Part shown: piece after piece, positions 56,899 through 64,000 of the stretch
How the letters are laid out: the number at the start of each line of letters is the position of its first letter
Position numbering within the stretch: the stretch's first letter is position 1
Source of the DNA: an uncultured Chitinophaga sp.
GTDB taxonomy: Bacteria > Bacteroidota > Bacteroidia > Bacteroidales > GCA-2748055
Reading direction: 5' to 3'
Assembly (NCBI GenBank): GCA_964349045.1
Contig: CAYGFI010000005.1
Span: forward strand, 5,564-69,563
Length of the DNA: 64,000 nucleotides
Translations under genes and position numbers: made by a program
Notes under the pieces: model-generated
Told to the model about the DNA's origin: nothing
The model's database searches: none
Seen by the model: only the letters and a program-made list of their open reading frames with translations

Positions 56899-59001
56899 AT
56901 GGGATCGGTCATTTCACGAACATTTCGATTTTCTCTTTTATTCCTGATCCTGGTCAGTGCCATTCTTATGGTAACCTCAGGTCAGAATATGCCTGTCCAA
57001 AAAACAGAAGGAGAAATAATTCTGACACAAAACTCTCCATTGGTTGGCGCCATTCGATGGGATGGATGGGTTGGAAACAAAGGATCCTGGCAAATAGGTC
57101 CAATAGTGGAACGCACACTGGGGCCTTCTAAATTTCACTACAGGGCGCCCTTTTTTAGCATTGTAACCGGCAAGGACTCCATTTCAATTGACGGCACAAC
57201 CCAGGAAATCATGGATAAGGAGATTGTCTTTGCAACGGAGGCAGGTATTGATTACTGGGCATACTGCTGGTATCCCGATGGATGTGGATTGGAATTAGCC
57301 CGAAAATTGCACCAGACCAGTATACTTGCCAACGATGTAAAGTGGTGTGTAATTTTAGGAACCTTCGAGGTAAATGTATTAAATAATTATGGTGCCTCTC
57401 TGGTTAATGATTTTGCCCGTGAAAACTATCAGAAGGTATTAGGTGGCCGCCCATTAATTTACCTGTATAGCAGCGATTTAACCAGGGCAGGCCTGGATAA
57501 GTTAAGAGCAATGACTATTGCAAAAAATTTAAAAACACCTTATGTTGTAGTAATGGCATGGGATGCAGCTTCAGCGGCAGACTATTGTCAGGTCATCGGT
57601 GCCGATGCAATAAGCAGCTATGCTGCCCTGGGAAATAATAATCGTCCTTTTACTGAAGTAATTCCCCCCCAAAGTAAGGCAAATTGGGAAAAATTTGCTG
57701 CAAAAAAAGAAGTTGTTCCCTGGGTTTGCACAGGATGGAATGCTAAACCCCGTATGGAAAGCGAAAATCCATGGAGTTCTTACTATTCGGATGCAACAAA
57801 CTGCCAGGATGCGACCGCAAATGATATAAAAGATTTTTTGCTATCAGCAATTGATTGGACAGTTTCTCACAGGAGTAAGGTTGTTGCAAATACCCTGATC
57901 ATGTATGCCTGGAATGAACACGATGAAGGCTATGGTGCAATTTGTCCTACACTTGGAACAGACGGGATGCCAGATACCGAAAGACTCGATTCGGTTAGAG
58001 TGGCACTTCAGGGAAGAATGAAAGATACCATCATAATCAGGTCGTTTCAACTGAATGTTGTGGTAAAAGATGTTGAATTGAATAGTCCAATAAGTGATGC
58101 AAGGGTAATGATTAATAAGGATACCGTGATTTCTGATCAGGAAGGAATCTCTTATTACAACAGTGTACCTGAAAATTTTGTTTTGAGTATTGAAAATGAC
58201 AAATATCTGCCTGTTACCAGAAGATCTATCTCTGTAAATAGTGATACAACTCTCATCTTTTATCTTATTCAACGCGGTTTTAATGTATCCCTCACCCTGA
58301 TGGATAATAAAACTCATGAACCATTCTGGGGTGCCCGTGTAACTGTTGATTCAAATACTCAGGTAACAGATGGATCCGGCCAGGTATTATTTTCTCTGAG
58401 GAGTGGCACCTATGAGTATACCATAAATAAAATTTCCTATCAGGTTGAAACCGGAAATATCTCTATTACTTCAGATACCAGTATAATCTTCTACCTGACT
58501 CAAACCCATGCTGAGGCCAAATTCCGGTTGTATGACGGCCTGACGCCCCTGAATAACGCAATCATAAAGGTAAATAGTGATTCTCTTTTGACAAACGCTA
58601 TTGGAATAGCGCTGTTTAAACTACTCCCGCTGAATTATTTATATTCGTATTCTATCATAAAAGAAGGTTATAATAGTAATTATGGAGAGTTTTTTCTGAG
58701 TAAAGATACATTGATTGACATTTCTGCGGAAAGAAATAACCTGGGTTCTGAACTTTTATTAAACCCACACAATATGAAATTATGGCCCAATCCGGCGTCC
58801 GGATTCCTTCACTGCTCCTTTCCTACAAGGTTTTTAAACAGTACTTTCATAATTACTGATATGGCTGGAAATGAAATTTATTCAGTTGTATTGAATGAGA
58901 CAGAATTTAGTTTAAGTCTGAGGGATTTCCATTCGGGCACGTATTTCCTTCGGGTAATCTCAGATTATAATTATACAGGTATTCTTATTATCAGTAAATG
59001 A
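56899..59001 (+). CDS. T9SS-secreted putative glycoside hydrolase: GH99-like-superfamily catalytic domain, three CarboxypepD_reg-like repeats and a T9SS C-terminal sorting domain
   Basis: 700 aa. Residues ~45-370 are a close paralog of the 62132-63211 product. Three ~75-aa repeats each end in ...SDT.LIFYL. The CTD is LWPNPASGFLHC...SGTYFLRVIS. Confidence 0.55.
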   Translation: MGSVISRTFRFSLLFLILVSAILMVTSGQNMPVQKTEGEIILTQNSPLVGAIRWDGWVGNKGSWQIGPIVERTLGPSKFHYRAPFFSIVTGKDSISIDGTTQEIMDKEIVFATEAGIDYWAYCWYPDGCGLELARKLHQTSILANDVKWCVILGTFEVNVLNNYGASLVNDFARENYQKVLGGRPLIYLYSSDLTRAGLDKLRAMTIAKNLKTPYVVVMAWDAASAADYCQVIGADAISSYAALGNNNRPFTEVIPPQSKANWEKFAAKKEVVPWVCTGWNAKPRMESENPWSSYYSDATNCQDATANDIKDFLLSAIDWTVSHRSKVVANTLIMYAWNEHDEGYGAICPTLGTDGMPDTERLDSVRVALQGRMKDTIIIRSFQLNVVVKDVELNSPISDARVMINKDTVISDQEGISYYNSVPENFVLSIENDKYLPVTRRSISVNSDTTLIFYLIQRGFNVSLTLMDNKTHEPFWGARVTVDSNTQVTDGSGQVLFSLRSGTYEYTINKISYQVETGNISITSDTSIIFYLTQTHAEAKFRLYDGLTPLNNAIIKVNSDSLLTNAIGIALFKLLPLNYLYSYSIIKEGYNSNYGEFFLSKDTLIDISAERNNLGSELLLNPHNMKLWPNPASGFLHCSFPTRFLNSTFIITDMAGNEIYSVVLNETEFSLSLRDFHSGTYFLRVISDYNYTGILIISK

Positions 59002-59238
59002 TAAGTTTCCAAATTAACTGGAATGATTGATCAAAAATTTTTGTTCGACGAAAATTAGACATAATACCAAAGCTCTATCATTTTTATTATAGGAATTACC
59101 TTATTCCAGAGAAAGAAAAGCCCTCAAACCCGGGGTAGTGCTTGTCACGCCTTGCGGGAGGTTGGGGAGGGGAATTAAGAATAATTTCTATAAAAAAGTC
59201 GCTCTTGAGGTACAAAAACAATTAAATTAATCCAAATT

Positions 59239-59270
59239 GTTCATTTAGTGTAAACTAAAGTTCATTTTGT
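59239..59270 (+). promoter_or_regulatory. Candidate AraC-family operator upstream of the sulfatase gene
   Basis: GTTCATTTAGT lies at 59239-59249 and GTTCATTTTGT at 59260-59270. The spacing is 21 bp and the site is ~150 bp upstream of ATG 59416. The unit is the same as in the two arms flanking the AraC gene. Confidence 0.4.
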
Positions 59271-59415
59271 CTATTTTACAATGAATTAAATTACCATAAA
59301 TTTACTTTTGCCAGGGATAAATTTCAATTTGAGAAGTTCATGACTTACATTTCTTTTAGCAAAAGGATCAACCATAAAACTCAGAATAGCCCAAATTTCA
59401 CCAATCCTAAATCTG

Positions 59416-60816
59416 ATGATGATTAAATCTTGCTTAAATCTAAATCGAAGTACATCAGCTTTAATCCTGTTCTCAGGGCTTTCATTATCAGGATGCGTCA
59501 AAGAGGATCCGTTAAAACCCAATTTTTTGATCATCCTTACAGATGATTTAACCTACCGTGCCCTGGGCTATAATAATGAACTGGTAAAAACACCTAATCT
59601 TGATAAGCTTGCCCGCCAGGGTATCATTTTTGACCGCGCTTATATTTCCACACCAGTATGTGCTGCAAGCAGGGCAAGTATGTTAACCGGACTTTATCCG
59701 CAGACAAATGGCACTGTGGCCTTAGATACAAAGTCATTTATCAAAAATATTGTTCAGGAAAAAAGGTTCAAAACATTACCCCAGGTTCTGAATGAAGCTG
59801 GTTATAAAAGTTATTTTAGCGGGAAGTCTCATTTAGGAGATCCCAAAGATTACGGATTTCATTTCGGAAAAGAAACTCCTGATTATGATGATAAAACAGC
59901 ATTTGAGGATGTATACGGATTTATCGATTCACCAGAATTCGGACAAAAACCATTTTTACTATGGCTTGCTGTAAGGCAACCCCATGTGCCACTTAAGCCG
60001 GAAGAGAAATGGCTTAAACTTTATTCAGAAACAAATTTCCCCATAGAAAAGAATTTTTTGAAGGAACCTCCTTCAGAAAGTTTTTATAACCAGGGCCTTC
60101 CTGGTGAAAATTTCTACCGGGATTCTGATTACACTGATAATTATAAAAATTTACCGGCCGGCCCTCCACGACCTGTTGAAGTCATCCGTGAATTTACCAA
60201 AGCGTACTACGCTACAATAAGTCATCTCGACTTTCAGATTGGTGAATTAATTGATCAGCTTCAATCCAAAAACCTGTTCGAAAATACAGTATTGATTTTT
60301 TTATCCGATAATGGGTATTTTTTAGGGAACCATGGTCTAGGCAACAAATTAACCATGCACGAAGAGTCAGTCCGTGTTCCGATGTTTATTTATTGGGATA
60401 AACTCCCTAAAACCAATATTCACTCGGATGCACTTGTCTCGAGCGTGGATGTATTTCCTACCATTCTTGACCTGGCTGGAATAGATATACCTGATTATCT
60501 TCAGGGGATTTCATTAAAGCCCTTGCTTGCAAATCCCTCGATGCAACTGAATGAATATGTTGCCAGTGAAAGTGTTGGAGTAGGAGGAGAATTGGGTTTA
60601 GGGCACAGAATGATCGTGAAGGATAAATGGAAATATATTCTGTCGGATACGGGAGACGAGGCACTTTTTTATTTAGAGGATGATCTTTATGAAATTGACA
60701 ACCTGATAGATGACATACAACACCAGGGGGAGGTCTTTAAATTAAAAGCTTTTTTGATAGATTGGAAAAACAAAACCGGAGACAATAAAGATATTCCTGT
60801 CGGAATGCCCAAATAA
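59416..60816 (+). CDS. Sulfatase (formylglycine-dependent, Cys-type) lipoprotein
   Basis: 466 aa with lipobox LSLSGCVKED. It has LIILTDDL and the active-site signature PVCAASRASMLTG (C-x-A-x-R variant). Confidence 0.8.
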   Translation: MMIKSCLNLNRSTSALILFSGLSLSGCVKEDPLKPNFLIILTDDLTYRALGYNNELVKTPNLDKLARQGIIFDRAYISTPVCAASRASMLTGLYPQTNGTVALDTKSFIKNIVQEKRFKTLPQVLNEAGYKSYFSGKSHLGDPKDYGFHFGKETPDYDDKTAFEDVYGFIDSPEFGQKPFLLWLAVRQPHVPLKPEEKWLKLYSETNFPIEKNFLKEPPSESFYNQGLPGENFYRDSDYTDNYKNLPAGPPRPVEVIREFTKAYYATISHLDFQIGELIDQLQSKNLFENTVLIFLSDNGYFLGNHGLGNKLTMHEESVRVPMFIYWDKLPKTNIHSDALVSSVDVFPTILDLAGIDIPDYLQGISLKPLLANPSMQLNEYVASESVGVGGELGLGHRMIVKDKWKYILSDTGDEALFYLEDDLYEIDNLIDDIQHQGEVFKLKAFLIDWKNKTGDNKDIPVGMPK

Positions 60817-60884
60817 CAAAAAAGCGTACAATATATTTCAATATTATTGTATGCTTTAATATTTTTACATTAAATACTTACATT

Positions 60885-62114
60885 ATGAAATCGCAACTAT
60901 TGACTTTCGCATTTTTAACCCTTCTTGTATCCTGCAAACCTGGCAAAAAAGTCAATCAGGAGCCGGATAAAATCACTGTTGCCTCTTACTATTTTCCCAA
61001 CTACCATATCAGGGGGGGCGACCATCTCCCTATCAGCAAACAAGCAGTTCTTGATAATAAGTCAGAGTGGGAATTAGTAAAAAATGCAAAGCCACGCTTT
61101 GAGGGCCATCAGCAGCCAAAAGTTCCGGCATGGGGTTACACCGATGAAAAAGATCCTGCTGTAATGGCAATGAAAATTGAAGCTGCTTCCGAATATGGAG
61201 TCGATGTTTTTATTTTTGACTGGTACAACTACAACGGCCAGCCATTTTTAAACCAGTGTCTTGACGAGGGATTCCTGAAAGCTGAAAATACAGACAAGTT
61301 GAAGTTTGCCCTGATGTGGGCCAACCATGACTGGAAAGATCTTTTCCCCTGTAATGAAGGCAACCTTGGTGAACTGCCGGTAATGTATGAAGGAATGGTT
61401 GCAGCTGATGCTTTTGATAAGCTTGGAAATGAAATTATCCGCGACTATTTTACAAAACCAAACTACTGGTTAATTGATGGTAAACCCTATTTTTCCATTT
61501 ATGACGTAACAGAATTTATTGAAGGATTTGGAAGTATGGAGGCTGCAAAAGAAGCAATGGAAAACATGAACGAAAAAGCTATTGCAGCAGGGCTTAAGGG
61601 GATTCACTGGAACCTTGTTGCCTGGGGCAATCCAATATTACCCGGACAAAAAGTACCTTCAAGTATTCCGGAGCTCATTACAAAACTCGGTTTTAATTCT
61701 GCTACTTCTTATGTATGGATTCATCATGTTCAGTTACCTGAGGTGCAAAACGATTATAATACTGCACGGGAAAAATATTTTACCCATTGGGATAAAGCAA
61801 AAGAAGAATATGGAGTACCCTACTTCCCGAATGTTTCCATGGGATGGGATTCTTCTCCCCGTACAAACCAGGAAATGGGATGGAAACATACATCGGGATA
61901 TCCTTACACAGGGATACTGGTAAATAATACACCTGAAAACTTCAAAGAAGCACTACAACTGACAAAAGCCAGATTGCTTTCAGACCCTGATGGTCCGCGC
62001 ATATTTAACATCAACTGCTGGAATGAATGGACCGAGGGAAGCTACCTTGAACCAGATACTATTAACGGTATGGCATATTTAGAATCTATTAAGGAAGTAT
62101 TTAAAAGCAATTGA
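60885..62114 (+). CDS. GH99-like domain (WbsX-family) protein, lipoprotein
   Basis: 409 aa with lipobox LLVSCKPG. Family marks are VASYYFPNYH...SEWELVKNAKPRFEGHQQPKVP...GVDVFIFDWYNY...INCWNEWTEGSYLEPD. Confidence 0.6.
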   Translation: MKSQLLTFAFLTLLVSCKPGKKVNQEPDKITVASYYFPNYHIRGGDHLPISKQAVLDNKSEWELVKNAKPRFEGHQQPKVPAWGYTDEKDPAVMAMKIEAASEYGVDVFIFDWYNYNGQPFLNQCLDEGFLKAENTDKLKFALMWANHDWKDLFPCNEGNLGELPVMYEGMVAADAFDKLGNEIIRDYFTKPNYWLIDGKPYFSIYDVTEFIEGFGSMEAAKEAMENMNEKAIAAGLKGIHWNLVAWGNPILPGQKVPSSIPELITKLGFNSATSYVWIHHVQLPEVQNDYNTAREKYFTHWDKAKEEYGVPYFPNVSMGWDSSPRTNQEMGWKHTSGYPYTGILVNNTPENFKEALQLTKARLLSDPDGPRIFNINCWNEWTEGSYLEPDTINGMAYLESIKEVFKSN

Positions 62115-62131
62115 TTATTAATCAGATCAAT

Positions 62132-63211
62132 ATGGAAAATATTAAAGACAAAATCCTCTTGCTGTTTGCTTTTACTGTCTTGTCATATGGCACAGGATGC
62201 AACCATGCAACAAAGGAACCTGAAAAAATTATTGTTGGTGCAATTCGCTGGGATGGCTGGGTTGGGGAAAAAGGTTCATGGCAGATTGGCCCGATTCTGG
62301 AACGAACAATGGGACCGGAGAGATTTCATTACAGGGCGCCATTTTTCAGTAAAGTTCTTGGAAAAGATTCCATTTCAATAGATGGAACCAGCCAGGAAAT
62401 TATGGATATGGAAATTGCCTACGCAAAAGATGCCGGGATTGATTACTGGGCCTATTGTTATTATCCCGATGGTTGTGGACTTGAACTTGCCAGGAAACTT
62501 CACCAGACAAGTAACTATTCAAATGATATAAACTGGTGTGCCATTTTAGGGGCTTCAATCGCTGCTGATTCAACCATGGATTATAGTAAAAGTCTGGTAT
62601 CTGATTTCGCAAAGGAGAACTATCAGAAAGTGTCAGATGGGCGACCCTTGATTTATTTACTTCATGGAAGTAACATAAGCAGGGCTGAAATCGACCAGCT
62701 GCGGACAATGTGTATTGAAAGCAATCTGAAAAATCCTTACGTTGTGGCAATGGAATGGAGTGCTGATCTCGCTTCAGAATATTGTGATAAATTAGGAGCC
62801 GATGCCATCAGTTGTTATGCCACGCTGGGAAAAGACACCAGACCTTTCGCAGAAATAATTCCACCCCAAAGTTTAATACTCTGGGAATCCTATGCAACAA
62901 AAAAGGCAGTGGTTCCATGGGTTAGCACCGGTTGGAATGCAAAACCCCGGATGGATAGTCCAAACCCATGGACTAAATATTATGCTGATTCAACAAATTG
63001 CCAGGACGCGACTCCTGAAGATATCAGGAACTTTCTGCATACAGCAATAAAATGGACCCAATCGAACCGAAATGCTACCGTTGCAAACACTATTCTCATG
63101 TATGCCTGGAATGAACATGATGAAGGCTACGGGGCTATTTGTCCGACACTTGGGAAAGATGGAAAGCCAAACACCGAAAGACTTAATGCGGTTAAGGACG
63201 CACTGAAATAA
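62132..63211 (+). CDS. Lipoprotein paralog of the 56899 catalytic domain (distant GH99-like superfamily, putative glycoside hydrolase)
   Basis: The ORF track starts at TTG 62111, overlapping the upstream stop; ATG 62132 gives MENIKDKILLLFAFTVLSYGTGCNH, a lipoprotein signal. By eye about two-thirds of residues are identical to the 56899 protein over ~330 aa (IRWDGWVG.KGSWQIGP, GIDYWAYC.YPDGCGLELARKLHQTS, MYAWNEHDEGYGAICPTLG). Confidence 0.55.
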   Translation: MENIKDKILLLFAFTVLSYGTGCNHATKEPEKIIVGAIRWDGWVGEKGSWQIGPILERTMGPERFHYRAPFFSKVLGKDSISIDGTSQEIMDMEIAYAKDAGIDYWAYCYYPDGCGLELARKLHQTSNYSNDINWCAILGASIAADSTMDYSKSLVSDFAKENYQKVSDGRPLIYLLHGSNISRAEIDQLRTMCIESNLKNPYVVAMEWSADLASEYCDKLGADAISCYATLGKDTRPFAEIIPPQSLILWESYATKKAVVPWVSTGWNAKPRMDSPNPWTKYYADSTNCQDATPEDIRNFLHTAIKWTQSNRNATVANTILMYAWNEHDEGYGAICPTLGKDGKPNTERLNAVKDALK

Positions 63212-63300
63212 TAAACCGTTTCTGCAATCACTGATTCGGCCTGAACTATTTCAAGAGGTCCCTACTTCTGCCCTGAAACTGAAAATATGAAAAACAGGTA

Positions 63301-64000
63301 ATGAAAAAGACTTACTTCCATGCAGCATTAAGCTTGTTTTCGCTGTTTATTGCAATCCTATTTCTTTGTTCATGTACATTTTCCAATAGTGAAACTCTCC
63401 CTGTTCAGAGCAGGTTTACATCTGCTCCTGACCTGAAAAGCCTGGCAGAAAGCTTTATTTCACCCCCGGACCATACCCGCGCCTGGGTATATTGGTATGT
63501 GATGGATGGCAATCTTACCTGCGAAGGGATTAAAGCTGACCTGGAAGCCATGAAACGCGCAGGAATTGGCGGAGCCATCCTACTCGAGGTGGACCAGAAT
63601 GTTCCCCAGGGTAAAACTTTGATGATGAGTCAGGAGTGGGTAGATCACTTTAAGTTTATCCACGAGGAAGCAATTCGTCTTGGGATAGAAATAACACTGA
63701 ATTCGGGTCCGGGTTGGACAGGCAGTGGAGGTCCCTGGGTGAAACCTGCAGATGCCATGCACTTCATAGTAGCAGATACCATCTCAATAAAGGGCGGGGG
63801 GTTTGTAAAAGTGCAACTGCCACAGGCCAAACCACTGGAGCCTTACTTTTCGTGGGTTTACAAAATAACACCCGGGATGGACTCCGTCAGAAAAAACTAC
63901 TATACGGATCTGTTTACCCTGGCGTATCCAAAACCTGAAAATGGTTTATCTAGAATTCCAAATATTGCCAGCAAAGCGATGTATACACCCGATGGTTATA
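63301..64000 (+). CDS. Secreted glycoside hydrolase, N-terminal part (GH106-like/rhamnosidase-type N-terminus); continues past the right edge
   Basis: Not in the ORF track because it has no stop in the window. My translation from ATG 63301 gives MKKTYFHAALSLFSLFIAILFLCSC...FISPPDHTRAWVYWYVMDGNLTCEGIKADLEAMKRAGIGGAILLEV...SGPGWTGSGGPWVKP. I recall this pattern from Bacteroidota glycosyl hydrolases of that type. Confidence 0.45.
   Translation, partial: MKKTYFHAALSLFSLFIAILFLCSCTFSNSETLPVQSRFTSAPDLKSLAESFISPPDHTRAWVYWYVMDGNLTCEGIKADLEAMKRAGIGGAILLEVDQNVPQGKTLMMSQEWVDHFKFIHEEAIRLGIEITLNSGPGWTGSGGPWVKPADAMHFIVADTISIKGGGFVKVQLPQAKPLEPYFSWVYKITPGMDSVRKNYYTDLFTLAYPKPENGLSRIPNIASKAMYTPDGY

Noticed and set aside
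59121-59175. GC-rich island (CCCTCAAACCCGGGGTAGTGCTTGTCACGCCTTGCGGGAGGTTGGGGAGGGG) examined as a possible tRNA or small structured RNA
   Set aside because: I could not fold it into a cloverleaf or a convincing long stem. It is only weakly similar to the 31-nt repeat at 27443 and 29636, so it is mentioned there as a possible degenerate copy.

Overview
Chromosomal segment of a Bacteroidota genome, judged from SusC/SusD pairs, T9SS and gliding genes, and lipoprotein signals. No rRNA, CRISPR array, transposase, integrase or recognisable defence system was seen.

- **1-15.5 kb, core genes:** 5' part of porU (runs off the left edge and is absent from the ORF track), a PorP/SprF-family gene, gldJ, murF, ppa, a GT2, an LpxL-type acyltransferase, an IMPase-family gene, ppk1, a SixA-like phosphatase, a PIN-PhoH ATPase, a nitroreductase and folC.
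- **15.6-16.4 kb:** tRNA-Ser(CGA) at 16127-16214. It is preceded by two 103-bp tandem units that each start with the tRNA 5' end, and by a truncated AAA-ATPase gene.
- **16.6-35.1 kb, LacI-associated polysaccharide utilisation locus:** SusC/SusD, a DUF4874/DUF4832-type protein, a PKD lipoprotein, a 683-aa unknown secreted protein, a four-gene cytoplasmic sugar module, GH26 and an AGE-family epimerase. A 20-bp palindrome is repeated in its promoter regions.
- **35.1-50.9 kb, one minus-strand gene string:** two SusC/SusD pairs interleaved with three fasciclin (FAS1) lipoproteins and no recognisable CAZyme.
- **50.9-64 kb:** an AraC-family gene (51542-52444) lies between that string and a plus-strand cluster. 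The cluster encodes two T9SS-CTD cargo proteins, a sulfatase, three GH99-like-superfamily proteins and a partial glycoside hydrolase.
- **Main finding:** the DNA on the two sides of the AraC gene forms roughly 430-bp mirror-image paralogous upstream regions. They carry a 21-bp-phased direct repeat that recurs upstream of the sulfatase gene.
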